Origin: a bacterium
Lineage (GTDB): Bacteria > Synergistota > GBS-1
DNA length: 64,000 nucleotides
Direction: 5' to 3'
NCBI GenBank assembly: GCA_030153785.1
Contig: JASKLF010000005.1
Location: 1 to 64,000 of the forward strand
Made by a program: the position numbers and the translations under genes. Below are positions 38,943 to 49,644 of this stretch, piece after piece; the stretch's first letter is position 1; every line of letters starts with the position of its first letter. The notes beneath the pieces are model-generated. The model was not told where the DNA came from and did no database searches. It saw only the letters and a program-made list of their open reading frames with translations.

Positions 38943-39877
38943 CTTTTGATTCCTCCCATTTCCTGAAGATGGTTCATGGGACCATAAAGCTCGATAAGCC
39001 TCCTAAATTCCTCTTCATCATAAAATCTTATCTTTTTTCTTCCAAATTCCTTTGCTACCTCTATGCAGAATCTTCCAGCAAGCTCTATGTCGATCGCTTG
39101 ACTCGCTCCTGTTGCACAGCCTGGAACTGGTATTTCCGATGTTATGGCTACGCCTACCACGGGGGCATTTGTTGCTGTTGCAGGTTGCATGATGCTGTTT
39201 ATGTGGTAAATTCCATTCCCATAAGGGGTTATATCCTGCATCGTTATTGGAACAACGGCGGGCATCCTCCCTGTAACATATCCCATTATGTTTAAAAGGT
39301 CTTCGCTAACCCTTAATATCCATCCTTCCTTTACTGTAGGGGTGATGGCGAAGCCTTTTACGTTTATTATCCTGTTTCCTCTCGTGGTGTCTATCGAGAG
39401 AATCGCGTCCATCCGGGGATCCACCTCGAACCTGTTCATCGTGGCCATATCTACGGGTGAGCCCATGAAGGGAACGGGCTCATGTTTTTGAGTTGGAGCG
39501 TTGGGACAGATGTGAGTCGCGATTATAACATCGCCGTCAAGGATATCTCCGTTTTTAATCATATCGGCCATCTTTAAGGCTATAGCTATGGCTGTTATAG
39601 CTCCATCTGCATCGGAGACCAGTCCGATTCTTTCGGGTCTTGCTCCTATACCTCCAAGCCTACCTATTATTCCAAGGGTGGGAGCGTTTCCGTCAGAGGA
39701 CTTTCCCATTCTCCCGGGTATAAAAACTTTTATGAAGTCTGTCATTCCCTTTTCTCCCTTTATGGTTTTAACCTCCGTGGTTTTTAATCCTCTTTCAGTC
39801 AGAACTTCCTTTACTCTTTCTCCGTTAACATAGGCACTATCAAGAAGCTCAAAGGCTTCTATGACTTGCTTTAACAC
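38939..39877 (-). CDS. DUF1177-family protein
   Basis: GRLGGIGARP, VSDADG, IDTTRGNR and HINSIMQP motifs. Confidence 0.8.
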   Translation of the reverse strand: MLKQVIEAFELLDSAYVNGERVKEVLTERGLKTTEVKTIKGEKGMTDFIKVFIPGRMGKSSDGNAPTLGIIGRLGGIGARPERIGLVSDADGAITAIAIALKMADMIKNGDILDGDVIIATHICPNAPTQKHEPVPFMGSPVDMATMNRFEVDPRMDAILSIDTTRGNRIINVKGFAITPTVKEGWILRVSEDLLNIMGYVTGRMPAVVPITMQDITPYGNGIYHINSIMQPATATNAPVVGVAITSEIPVPGCATGASQAIDIELAGRFCIEVAKEFGRKKIRFYDEEEFRRLIELYGPMNHLQEMGGIKR

Positions 39878-40962
39878 ACGCTTTCACCTCCTAAAATTTT
39901 CTTGCCAGTTATCTTCTCTACTTCTCTCAAGACTTCTGGGTCCTTGACTCCCGCTCCTAAAATTATGCTCTCTTTAGGTATTGCCAGAAGAAGGGCTTCC
40001 ATATTTTCCTTAATCTCTGCGGAGGTTAGGGGTATGGATTCTTCCATTTCTATAAGTGATATTAAATCGGGAAACGTGGCTAACCTTTCTCCATCTGAAC
40101 TTTCTAAAGTCATAAACTCGTTCCAGAAGGTGACTTCGTATCTATCTTTCTCTCCCTGTGCGATTACCTTACCTACATCAAACCCTCCCTCCGTCTTAAG
40201 GGAGACTTCCATTATTCTTACTTTATCCACTATTTTACCATTGCCTAAATACTCGATTATTTTCTCTGAGAGTTTGTAGGTTTCCCCCTTGTATTTTTTC
40301 ATGAACCCTCCTATTTCTATCGCCTGTGTCATGGCTCCAATTGCTCCGTTTTCTTTTACATAGTTCCTTTTAACGGGGTTCCTCGTTACGGCAACCAAAC
40401 CTCCAGCTTGAACCGCCGCTTCTCTCACCATTCTCGAGGCCCTTATGAGGTTTCCTTTAACCAGTATTTCTATGTACCTTCCTTCTTCCTCGCTTCCTCC
40501 CACCGCTGACTGAAGGGACACGAAATCCTTTAACCTGTGTAGTCCCATGGCTCCCATTATTCCCGTTGGGTGAGCTCTTCCATCTGCCGGCGCATCAACT
40601 ATTGGTATTCCCGTTAATGCTGAGACTATCCATCCATTGATCGTTGAATATCCTCCGTTTTCTGAAGATACGATGCCTGTTATCTCTCCCTTGAAAGATT
40701 CTTTTAGAATTTGAAACGATTTAAGCATGTGTGAGGGAAGCACGAGCTTCTCCTTGGCGGCTGGAGCGCCGACCATTGAGGCGGTGACTAAATAGCCATC
40801 TTCAGGAAGAGAGTCTATATCTATTAACCTTATTTCACCCAGGCTTAACGCCAGCCTTGCATGAGAAAGCCCTAACTTAAAATCCCCGCCTCCGCCACCG
40901 CCTAAGAAGGCTCCTCCTAAGACGGCGGCCTCGGCTATGTCCTCGTTAACTTTCAAAATCAT
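39871..40962 (-). CDS. DUF917-family protein
   Basis: LGGGGGG, VGAP, SENGG, DGRAHP, NEF and FPDLI motifs. Confidence 0.8.
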   Translation of the reverse strand: MILKVNEDIAEAAVLGGAFLGGGGGGDFKLGLSHARLALSLGEIRLIDIDSLPEDGYLVTASMVGAPAAKEKLVLPSHMLKSFQILKESFKGEITGIVSSENGGYSTINGWIVSALTGIPIVDAPADGRAHPTGIMGAMGLHRLKDFVSLQSAVGGSEEEGRYIEILVKGNLIRASRMVREAAVQAGGLVAVTRNPVKRNYVKENGAIGAMTQAIEIGGFMKKYKGETYKLSEKIIEYLGNGKIVDKVRIMEVSLKTEGGFDVGKVIAQGEKDRYEVTFWNEFMTLESSDGERLATFPDLISLIEMEESIPLTSAEIKENMEALLLAIPKESIILGAGVKDPEVLREVEKITGKKILGGESVC

Positions 40963-40965
40963 TTT

Positions 40966-41637
40966 TTATCCCTCCCAGCATTTAAGCCTTCTTAAGGTGT
41001 AAAGGGCGATCGCTCCCGAGGCTATTACTGCATCTATCACGGGAAGTTTAAGGCTCTTCTCTAAAAACGGAGCGAGGCCTATCGTGGAGTATCCTGTGCA
41101 GGCAAAGGCTATCGCTTCGGCTCCTTTTTCTCTTAATTTTCCCGCGGCTTCTAAGGCTCTCTCTTTACCCCAGTCGCTTAGAAGGTCCAAGGTGTTTTTA
41201 ACTCCCTCAGGGTTTGCTTCAGCGATCAGGTTATCCTTTAGTATCTCTTTAAATACCTTTGGAGTTCTTTCTGTGAGATTTAAAACCCCGATTTTTCTTC
41301 CGCAAGCTAATGCCATTAGCGCTGAAGAGGTTCCCGCTCCTATGATGGGTATCTTCGATATCTTTCTGGCTTCATCGATCGCTGGGTCTGCAGCACAGCT
41401 TATAATTATCCCTTCAACCTCCTCTTGGAAGTCCTGAACCAGCCTTAGAATTTTGGGTTTGGCTATTTTTTCCGTTTCCTCATCGTATATACCCTTCGGC
41501 TGGTCTTCGATACATTTGCTTACCACCTTTACTTCTGGGAAGGCCCTTTCTATCAGCCTTCCATGAAAGTTTAGAAGCTCTTCGTTTTCTATGGTTACAA
41601 CCCTTATCAAACCGATTTTGTGCTTTATCAAGGGCAA
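40966..41637 (-). CDS. Asp/Glu/hydantoin racemase family protein
   Basis: ISCAADP and ACTGYS two-cysteine motifs. Confidence 0.82.
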   Translation of the reverse strand: MPLIKHKIGLIRVVTIENEELLNFHGRLIERAFPEVKVVSKCIEDQPKGIYDEETEKIAKPKILRLVQDFQEEVEGIIISCAADPAIDEARKISKIPIIGAGTSSALMALACGRKIGVLNLTERTPKVFKEILKDNLIAEANPEGVKNTLDLLSDWGKERALEAAGKLREKGAEAIAFACTGYSTIGLAPFLEKSLKLPVIDAVIASGAIALYTLRRLKCWEG

Positions 41638-41692
41638 GCACCTCCACCTTTATTTTACTATTTAGAAACCTTTTCTACAATCTCTTCCAAAA

Positions 41693-42841
41693 TTAAGGAT
41701 TCTGGATAGTCTCGCTTAGTAATCCGAATCTGAATTTTAATACCCTTTCTAAGAAGCCTTCCACCTGTCTGGGGTCCCTTTTAAAGTAGAAGAGGTGGCT
41801 TTCGCAGGCACAATCGCTTGAACCGAAACCGGCGATTATCCCATCTGCTATAGCTTTGAGCTCCTTCGCTATTTTGCATTCCATCCTCTCGGGGTTTCTT
41901 ATAGGTATAACTTTTACTATTTTCATCCCCTTTTTGATTTTATCGATGTGCCAGAAAGGTTTTCCTTTATCGCTTAAGTGTCTTTTTATCCTCGATGATA
42001 GGCCCTTTAGTCCCGATCCCACATATACATAAAACCCTCTTTCAAAGAGAGCGCTTTTAGGCTTGCTCCCCTCGGAAAAGGGTAGCGCTTTTGGACTTTC
42101 GTTTAGTAATAACAGTAGATAAGCCCCCTTATCTTGTAAAAGGGGTTCCATCCTTTCCCATGGGATATGTGCCCGTGATATCGATTCTTCGATTAAATTT
42201 AAGTCTTCATCCCACTTTAAACTTATAGCTTCTATTAACAACCTTTCTCTTGCCTTGTAAAGCTCGCTTGCGAATTCTGGGTCGGTGTGAAAGTTTGGTA
42301 TAAAGTACTTGACCGGTTTTTGGATAATAAATAGGATTCCTCCTTTTAAGTCTTCTGGGAGATTTGAAAGAAGCCTTAGGTGTTTTACCCCTCGCTTTGT
42401 GGGGGCATCGGGAAAGGAAGCTACATCTTCCCAAAAGAGCGTGCAACCCTTAACTTCAAGAAGAAGCTTTTGAGGTCCCTTTCCTAATAAAAAATCAAAC
42501 CTTGCATTTTCGTATCTTACCTCTCTTCGGGTTATCTGGTAGCCCTTTAAGGAAGGGATTCTCTCTATTATCGACGGTAAAATTTCGTTAACCTTTATAG
42601 AGTCTATCATTATAAAATTTCCGCTTGCATCGATCACTCCAACCGCTTTGTAGGGAAGCTTTCCTTTCTGGCTTTCGGTAACTAAAACGGTTCTTCCGGG
42701 AATTAAAAGTTCCTCCAAGCTTCCAGAGTTTGGAAGGTAGGATTTTAGGACTTTTCCATGGCGGTTTAAAACCTTAATTGTGAAGCGATTGACCCTTTCA
42801 AGAAAAGTTGCCTTTTCCGTAATGGGGAAGAACTTCGCCAT
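41693..42841 (-). CDS. sfsA: SfsA nuclease fused to a DUF123/GIY-YIG-like domain
   Basis: RVNRF, EVKGCTL and FPDAPTKRG-KHL, then YVYVGSG...WHID...GFGSSDCAC. Confidence 0.82.
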   Translation of the reverse strand: MAKFFPITEKATFLERVNRFTIKVLNRHGKVLKSYLPNSGSLEELLIPGRTVLVTESQKGKLPYKAVGVIDASGNFIMIDSIKVNEILPSIIERIPSLKGYQITRREVRYENARFDFLLGKGPQKLLLEVKGCTLFWEDVASFPDAPTKRGVKHLRLLSNLPEDLKGGILFIIQKPVKYFIPNFHTDPEFASELYKARERLLIEAISLKWDEDLNLIEESISRAHIPWERMEPLLQDKGAYLLLLLNESPKALPFSEGSKPKSALFERGFYVYVGSGLKGLSSRIKRHLSDKGKPFWHIDKIKKGMKIVKVIPIRNPERMECKIAKELKAIADGIIAGFGSSDCACESHLFYFKRDPRQVEGFLERVLKFRFGLLSETIQNP

Positions 42842-42935
42842 AAGAATATGATATCAAAATCTTGACCCTCTAAATTAACTTATGCTATTATCTTTTTCAG
42901 ATTTTTAAAAATCTAATGAAGGGGGGATATGGATT

Positions 42936-44573
42936 TTGAAAGTTAGAAATTCTGTGGTATTTATTTTAGCTGGCCTTATTTTAGAGGGTGTGGCAGTCTT
43001 TTATTGTTTGAGAGGTTTTTATTTATCTCGTTTTAGCGTTCCACTGGCTTTGGCGATCTTAGGCTTTGGTGCGGGGCTGTTTGGCCTGTTTTTGGTTTTT
43101 AAGGATTTTAAGTCTTTCACCCAGCTTGAATCGTTAGTTAAACTCCTGGAGAAGGGGGATATCGTTGGAGTTGATCAGGCCATTTTAAGGCGGAAGGGGG
43201 AGTTTTCTAAGAGCGTTGAAAATTCTATCTTGCCGGTCCTTGATACCTTTTTCAGATTGATAGGCAACGTTCAGAGAAGCTCCGAGGAGTTAAGCTACCT
43301 CGTCGATATCTTGGAGAGGGATACCGAAACCAATAGAAAGGGTTTGAAGGAAACATCTAACGCTATGAATGAGGTCTCCACCGCCGCTGACGAAGAGGCC
43401 GATGTGGCCCAGAAAGTGGCTAACGGTATAGAGACCTTGCTTTCCCTGGCACGGGAGATCTCAGAAACAGCTTCAAATCTCAGAAAGCTCTCTGATAATG
43501 CCGAAGTGCTTTCCCATGATGTGAGTAACAAGATGGGGTCGCTCCTTGGCGATATAAGGCAGGTTACAATTTCAAATGAGGAAACTGCTAAAAAGGTTAT
43601 AAAGCTTGCTGAACAGATGGAGCAGATTAACAGATTTGTCGATACATTGGCTGAGATAGCGGAGCAGACTAACCTTTTAGCCCTGAATGCTGCCATAGAG
43701 GCTGCTCGCGCTGGTGAAAGCGGAAGAGGCTTTGCTGTTGTGGCCGAGGAGGTTAGAAAGCTTGCCATGAGGTCAAGGAGCTCTGCTTTAGAAATTGCGG
43801 CGTTGGCTGGCGAGATGATGGAGAGCGCTAAAGCGGTGGCTACTGAGGTGACGAGCGGAACAGAGCTTGTTAATAATAACTTAAGGAAGGGAGAGGATGT
43901 AGTCTCATCGCTGAATGATTTTTCGCGTGCCTTTGGGGAGGTCTCCTCTGGCTTAGACTTAATAGATGAAAGGGTGAAGGCACAGGTTCAGAAGCTCTCG
44001 GAAATAGCCCAGGAGGCAGAAAGGTTGGCTTCTCTTTCTCAGGAAACGGCGGCAAGCGTTCAAGAGATTACGGCATCCTTGACTGAACAGAGCAATGCTT
44101 TGGAGCATATAGAAGGCTGTGTCAAGAAGCTTGTCGAGGTAGCCGGTCGCCTTAAAAGTGTGGCTAATCAATACACCAAGGAGACGTGGAGTAAAGAAGA
44201 TAAGGAGCGTATGGCGCGGGAAAGCTTGAAGGTTTTGATGGAATTAGCGGAGAGGCCGGAGTTTAAGAGCCTCGATATAAACAGATTGGCGCCCATTTTT
44301 GACAAAGCCTTTAAAGGCCATCCTTACATCAAGACTCCTCTCTTGGTTGGCTTAAATGGGAAGATAATTCATGCTGATGCCAGACTCGATAAAAATGTGG
44401 ACTGGTCTTTCAGACCTTGGTTTCAGGGGGCTTTAAGGGGAGAGCCGTTTGTTGGAGAACCTTATGTTACTTTGGGAACTAATAGGCCGGCTTTCACGGT
44501 ATCTTGTCCTGTTAAAAACGAACGAGGGGAGGTGATAGCTGTATTGGCGGCTAACGTGGATGACAGAGGATAG
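42936..44573 (+). CDS. Methyl-accepting chemotaxis protein with a C-terminal Cache-like domain
   Basis: [18 protein letters not shown]-terminal DWSFRPWF...EPYV...TVSCPV. Confidence 0.88.
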   Translation: MKVRNSVVFILAGLILEGVAVFYCLRGFYLSRFSVPLALAILGFGAGLFGLFLVFKDFKSFTQLESLVKLLEKGDIVGVDQAILRRKGEFSKSVENSILPVLDTFFRLIGNVQRSSEELSYLVDILERDTETNRKGLKETSNAMNEVSTAADEEADVAQKVANGIETLLSLAREISETASNLRKLSDNAEVLSHDVSNKMGSLLGDIRQVTISNEETAKKVIKLAEQMEQINRFVDTLAEIAEQTNLLALNAAIEAARAGESGRGFAVVAEEVRKLAMRSRSSALEIAALAGEMMESAKAVATEVTSGTELVNNNLRKGEDVVSSLNDFSRAFGEVSSGLDLIDERVKAQVQKLSEIAQEAERLASLSQETAASVQEITASLTEQSNALEHIEGCVKKLVEVAGRLKSVANQYTKETWSKEDKERMARESLKVLMELAERPEFKSLDINRLAPIFDKAFKGHPYIKTPLLVGLNGKIIHADARLDKNVDWSFRPWFQGALRGEPFVGEPYVTLGTNRPAFTVSCPVKNERGEVIAVLAANVDDRG

Positions 44574-44669
44574 GAGAATAAAAGAGGGTGATTGAATCGG
44601 GAGGAGTGGGGTGCTTTCATAAGAACCTTAACGCTGTTTTATTTATAGTTCGAGAGGGAGGTGTGTAAG

Positions 44670-46197
44670 GTGGCACCTGAAAGGGAAGGCTTATTAACAC
44701 GGTTTGTCAACTGGATAGAAAGGGTGGGGAATAAGCTTCCCCATATGTTTTGGATATTTCTCTTTCTGTGGATCTTAGTTATATTACTTTCGGGCGTGTT
44801 TGAGGGAGCATCTGCTATAGATCCTGCGAAGGGTAAAGAGATAAAGGTAATAAGCCTCTTGGATAGAAAGGGACTTGCTTGGATTTTATCCAATGTTGTT
44901 CGTAACTTTGCAAAATTTCCACCTTTAGGTTTGGTTTTGGTTATGATGATGGCAGCGGGTTTTGCTGAAAAGGTCGGTTTTATTCCCGCTTTAATGAAGA
45001 CGCTGACTAAGGTATCGGACAAGTATCTAATTCCCGCTATTTTTGTTTTTGGCATATGTGGTAACTTGGCCTCTGACGCTTCTTTGGTAATCATCCCCCC
45101 CCTTAACGGCAGCTCTGTTTTACGCGAGAAAGCAAGACCCCATCTTTGGTCTAGTATTGGGTTATGTGGCTGCCGCTTCTGGCTTCACCGCTAACCTTTT
45201 TATTGCGGGAACCGATGTTTTGCTTGCAGGCATTACCGATACCGCTGCTAAGATAGTAAACGCCAAATATAATGTGTATCCCACAGCAAATTATTATTTC
45301 ATGGTCGCTTCAACCTTCGTGCTTACCGTAGTAGGAACGATATTTACAGTGAAGTATGCCATGCCAAGGTTTGCAAGGTGGGAAGAGGAATACGAGCATG
45401 CACAGGTTCCTCCCGAGTATTTGAGTGAACTTAGCGGGATGGAGATAAGCGCGCTCAGAAAGGCGCTTTTCGCTGGAGGATTGTATATCTTCTTCATCCT
45501 CCTTCTGACTTTCACGCCAAATGGCCCTTTGAGGGATCCTGTTAAGAACACGATCGTGCCATCTACTTTTCTTAGAGGCATGGTTCCCATTCTCTTCATG
45601 TTCTTCGTAATAGGGGGATACGTCTTCGGTAAAAGCGTGGGTAAGGTTAAGAGAGCAACGGATATGATTAATTATATGGTGGAGAGCATGAAGACCATGG
45701 CCTCCTATATTGTCATAATACTTCCCATAGCTAACTTCATCTACACGTTTACTCACACCAACATGGCTTCGGTGCTTGCCATAAAGCTCGCGAATTTTCT
45801 TAAGAGCACGGGATTTACCGGTATAGGCCTTTTCATTTCTATAATACTAATTTCGACCTTTATAAACCTTTTCATTACAAGCGGTTCTACCAAGTGGGCC
45901 TTTTTAGCGCCCGTTATAGTTCCCATGATGTACTATTTGGGTTACTCTCCTGAATGGACTCAGCTGCTTTACAGGGTGGGAGACTCAAGCACTAACTCCT
46001 TTACTCCTCTTATGACTTACTTTCCCATAGTTATAGGTTACGCCTCAATTTACAAGAAGGATGTGGGGATAGGCACGATAATTTCAAGGACTTTTCTTTA
46101 TTCGCTGGTATTCTTGGTGACCTGGATAGTTATGATAGTCGTTTGGTATTTGTTAGGCCTTCCGGTGGGACCCGGTGCTGGAATAAGGCTTAGTTAG
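44670..46197 (+). pseudogene. abgT: AbgT-family transporter, frameshifted at a C8 run (45095-45102)
   Basis: IERVGNKLPH and FPPLG in ORF1; GFTAN and YRVGDSSTN in ORF2; a C7 run would restore IIPPLTAALF. Confidence 0.85.
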
Positions 46198-46214
46198 GGG
46201 GGAGGTTTTCTAAA

Positions 46215-47387
46215 ATGGAGATGGAGAAAAGGGTTATCGAGCGTGCCAAAGATTTGGAATCTTATATCATCGAAAAAAGAAGGGATTTTCATCAAAACCC
46301 GGAGCTCAGATTTGAGGAAGTTAGGACTTCTCAGATTGTGGAGGAGGAATTGAAGAACCTTGGGTATGAGGTGAAAAGAACTGCTGGGACTGGAGTTGTG
46401 GCTCTTCTTGACGGTGGGAAAGGGGGTAAAACCGTCGCATTGAGGGCGGATATGGATGCCCTTCCCGTGGAGGAGGAAAACGACGTTCCCTATAAATCCA
46501 AGGTTCCTGGTAAGATGCATGCTTGTGGACACGATGCTCACACCGCGATGCTTCTTGGAGCTGCCAAGATATTGTCGGAAATAAGGGAAGAGCTTAAAGG
46601 TAAGGTTAAGCTTATCTTTCAGCCGGCTGAAGAGGGTGGCGCGGGAGCAAAGAAGGTTGTCGAAGAGGGACATGTAGATGATATAGATGCGATTTTTGGA
46701 ATTCATGTATGGGCTCATATTCCATCAGGCGTTATTGCTACAAGGAGAGGACCTTTCATGGCTTCCTCCGATGGCTATGTAATAAAGATTCGGGGAAAAG
46801 GAGGGCACGCTGCATCTCCCCACCTTGCCATAGATCCTACTAATCCTGCCACCGATATTTACAATGCTCTGCAAAAGATAGTTTCAAGATATGTAAACCC
46901 TCTTTATCCGGTTGTTATAAGTACTCCCGTTCTTAAGGGTAGTCAGGGATATAACGTTATACCTGATGAAGCTGAGATAACGGGGACGCTCAGAACCTTC
47001 GATATGGAAGTGCGGGAAAGGATAATAAAGAAAATCCAAGATATAGTAAAAGGCTATTCGATGGCATGGGATTGTGAAGGCAGTTTTGAGCTATTCAGGG
47101 TTTCTTATCCACCGACGGTTAACACCCCTGAGCTTGCGGACTTTGCCATTGAAGTTGCAAAGGATTTAGGTCCTGTAACCGAGGCTGAAATGACGATGGG
47201 AGCGGAAGACTTTGCCTTCTATCTTCAAAAGGTTAAGGATGCTTTCATTTTCTTAGGGGTAAGAAACGAGGAAAAGGGAATCATCTATCCTCATCACCAT
47301 CCGAGGTTTAACGTGGATGAAGAGGTTCTGTGGAAAGGAACGGCACTCTATGCGCTTTTAGCTTACAGATACCTAAGGGACAGATAG
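46215..47387 (+). CDS. M20D amidohydrolase/carboxypeptidase
   Basis: RADMDALP, MHACGHDAH, FQPAEEG, MGAEDF and HHP motifs. Confidence 0.92.
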   Translation: MEMEKRVIERAKDLESYIIEKRRDFHQNPELRFEEVRTSQIVEEELKNLGYEVKRTAGTGVVALLDGGKGGKTVALRADMDALPVEEENDVPYKSKVPGKMHACGHDAHTAMLLGAAKILSEIREELKGKVKLIFQPAEEGGAGAKKVVEEGHVDDIDAIFGIHVWAHIPSGVIATRRGPFMASSDGYVIKIRGKGGHAASPHLAIDPTNPATDIYNALQKIVSRYVNPLYPVVISTPVLKGSQGYNVIPDEAEITGTLRTFDMEVRERIIKKIQDIVKGYSMAWDCEGSFELFRVSYPPTVNTPELADFAIEVAKDLGPVTEAEMTMGAEDFAFYLQKVKDAFIFLGVRNEEKGIIYPHHHPRFNVDEEVLWKGTALYALLAYRYLRDR

Positions 47388-47401
47388 CTTTAGCCTTTAT
47401 G

Positions 47402-47435
47402 GCCGGTGCCACGAAAGGCACCGGCTTTCTTTTTT
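47402..47435 (+). terminator. Intrinsic terminator
   Basis: GCCGGTGCC-ACGAAA-GGCACCGGC followed by a T-rich tail. Confidence 0.8.
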
Positions 47436-47508
47436 ACACATATTGACAAATTGCACATATGTTGATTATAATAATAAATGAGAAATTTGAATAAGGAGAT
47501 GATGCGCT

Positions 47509-47898
47509 ATGGGAAAAAGAATAGTGGTCCCCGTTTTGGAAGATAAAGGGTTGGATTCGAAGCTATCAGCTCATTTTGGCAGGTCTCCTTATTTCGCCGT
47601 AGTTGATATTGATGAGAGCGGAGAGGTTATCGATGTGAAGGTAGAGCCTAATAGGGGTGAGCATTTTGGTGGTGGAAGAAAGGCAAGGGATATCGTTTTG
47701 GCTTATAAACCGGATTCCGTCATCGTTTTAAACATTGGTCCTGGTGCCATAGCGGGTTTAAGGGAAGCGGGAGTGAAGGTTTTTAGGGCGAAAGCTTCCT
47801 CTTTGAGGGAAACGGTTCTCTCTTATTGGAGAGGGGAGCTTGAGGAGCTTGATGAGGCCTGTGAGAATCCTCGACACGAGGGGATGCACAAGCTATGA
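47509..47898 (+). CDS. NifB/NifX-family FeMo-cofactor-binding-like protein
   Basis: HFGRSPYF and IGPGA motifs. Confidence 0.85.
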   Translation: MGKRIVVPVLEDKGLDSKLSAHFGRSPYFAVVDIDESGEVIDVKVEPNRGEHFGGGRKARDIVLAYKPDSVIVLNIGPGAIAGLREAGVKVFRAKASSLRETVLSYWRGELEELDEACENPRHEGMHKL

Positions 47899-48260
47899 GA
47901 TGGAGATTTTGTGGTTGCAGGCCTGAAAGGCCTTTCATGGGAGGAGACCTTTTAATTCCCGCCATATTAGCAATTTTGTCGAAAAAGCCGGCTCATGGAT
48001 ATTCCCTTATAGAGGAGCTTTCGGGTTTGGGGATAGAGCCTTCGCTATTTCACCATAGCTCTATATACAGAGCCTTAAGGGCTTTGGAGGTTGAGGGACT
48101 CCTCATTTCCGATTGGGATGTGGGAGAAGGTGGTCCCCCAAAGAGGGTTTACAGAATCACGGAAAGAGGAAAGGCCTTTTTAAAGAGATGGGCTTCCTCT
48201 GCAAGGGAGAATTTAAAGGTAATAGAGCGAGTTATAAAACTCATAGAGGGAGGTGAGTAG
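47895..48260 (+). CDS. PadR-family regulator
   Basis: HGY, IYRALRALE and PPKRVYRITERG motifs. Confidence 0.88.
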   Translation: MRWRFCGCRPERPFMGGDLLIPAILAILSKKPAHGYSLIEELSGLGIEPSLFHHSSIYRALRALEVEGLLISDWDVGEGGPPKRVYRITERGKAFLKRWASSARENLKVIERVIKLIEGGE

Positions 48261-48486
48261 AATGTGGGGCTGGGGAAGAGGTTTCCGATTTAGGGGCTCC
48301 GTTCCTCCTTGGCCATACATTGGTTGGGGTAGAGGCGGTCTTCCGAGATGCTGGTATTACTGGGGACCAAGCTATACAAGGGAAGAAGAGCTGGCCCTAT
48401 TGAAAGAACAAGCTGACCTTTTAAGAGGAGAATTAGAGTTAATTGAAGAAAGAGTTAAGAAGCTGGAGCAAGGGAAAGGTGCTTAA
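48253..48486 (+). CDS. Small DUF5320-like protein
   Basis: G/R/W-rich N-terminus (PPWPYIG-GRGGLPRC) plus a C-terminal coiled coil. Confidence 0.65.
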   Translation: MSRMWGWGRGFRFRGSVPPWPYIGWGRGGLPRCWYYWGPSYTREEELALLKEQADLLRGELELIEERVKKLEQGKGA

Positions 48487-48545
48487 ATTTTAGGGGGGGC
48501 AGGATTGAAAGGCCTGCCCCCTAAAATTTTTATGGGAAAATAAAG

Positions 48546-49067
48546 ATGGTTGATTCTATCACTGTTTGGGAGGGAGAGAATATGAGCTTAAGACTTGGAG
48601 GTTTTATTTTTCTTCTGACCTTGGGATTTTACATCCTCGTCTTCTTTAGAAGTAAAGCTCTCTTTAAAAGGGCACTTTTAAGGGGAGCTAAAAATTTGAT
48701 TCGAAATTCGGTGAGGATTTTTTCTGTTTTCGTGGTTATAGGTATCTTACAGAGCTTTCTTTCAAAAGAATTGGTTGGTGGTTTTCTGATGCACTTTTCG
48801 GGTATAAAGGGAATATTAATTGGTGCGCTCATTGGAGCTCTTATGATGGGGCCTGTTATATCTGGATATCCTATATGTAAATATATTTTGGAGAATGGAG
48901 GAGCCGTGGGTCTCGTTTCCTCCTTTTTGTTTTCTTGGGTTATGGTTGGCCTTGTTGCCCTTCCCCTTGAGATAAAGACTTTGGGAGGAAGATTTGCTTT
49001 GGTAAGGAATTCCTTTGCAATCTTTTCTGCCATAGTTTTAGGTTTAATAATGGAGGCATTGCTATGA
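48546..49067 (+). CDS. Predicted permease (DUF318/ArsP-like)
   Basis: Hydrophobic; GP...YP and E...LG-RFA..RN motifs. Confidence 0.7.
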   Translation: MVDSITVWEGENMSLRLGGFIFLLTLGFYILVFFRSKALFKRALLRGAKNLIRNSVRIFSVFVVIGILQSFLSKELVGGFLMHFSGIKGILIGALIGALMMGPVISGYPICKYILENGGAVGLVSSFLFSWVMVGLVALPLEIKTLGGRFALVRNSFAIFSAIVLGLIMEALL

Positions 49068-49564
49068 GCAAATTGGCGAAAAGTTACCCCATGGAGATCT
49101 TTGTGACATGTTTAGCCCTTATCTTGATCTTCGCAAATTCAGATAGAGCTGTTTTGGGGATAAGCCATGCGGTTAACATGTATACGAACCTCTTCATCGT
49201 CATCGTCTCGATAGCCTTTCTTTCTGGCCTAATATCGGAGTTTTTGCCTCCCGAAGTTGTAAAGAGGATAATAGGAAGAGAAAGCGGATTTAAAGGAACC
49301 TTAATAGGCGCTTTATTTGGTGCTCTCATGATTGGTCCGGCCTACGTATTTTATCCTCTGTTTAAAGACCTCGTGGACAAAGGTGCGAGTATGAGGGTAA
49401 TCGCTACTACTATCGGTGCTTGGGCTGTAAGGCTTCATGCGATTCCCCTTGCTGGAGCCTTTCTCGGTTACAAATTCGTTTTGCTTTTTAATCTCCTCAT
49501 ATTCATATATTCGCTGTTTTCCGGCTTCGTGGTAGGTTTTTTCTGTGAAAGGGATGAAAGTTAA
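49064..49564 (+). CDS. Predicted permease (DUF318/ArsP-like)
   Basis: Hydrophobic; G-ESGFKG and GPAYVFYP motifs. Confidence 0.7.
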   Translation: MSKLAKSYPMEIFVTCLALILIFANSDRAVLGISHAVNMYTNLFIVIVSIAFLSGLISEFLPPEVVKRIIGRESGFKGTLIGALFGALMIGPAYVFYPLFKDLVDKGASMRVIATTIGAWAVRLHAIPLAGAFLGYKFVLLFNLLIFIYSLFSGFVVGFFCERDES

Positions 49565-49591
49565 AGCCCCAAAATTTTTTTCTAAAACCCC

Positions 49592-49620
49592 TTGCAAGAT
49601 ACTTTCTCCTTTATTATAAT
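49592..49620 (+). promoter_or_regulatory. Sigma70 promoter of the T-box/carAB leader
   Basis: TTGCAA-17 nt-TATAAT. Confidence 0.75.
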
Positions 49621-49644
49621 ATACCAGAATAGCTTAATAGGGCT

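Noticed and set aside
41693..42841. SfsA-DUF123 double nuclease as a novel defence system
   Set aside because: This fusion is already familiar, and the gene is solitary with no defence context
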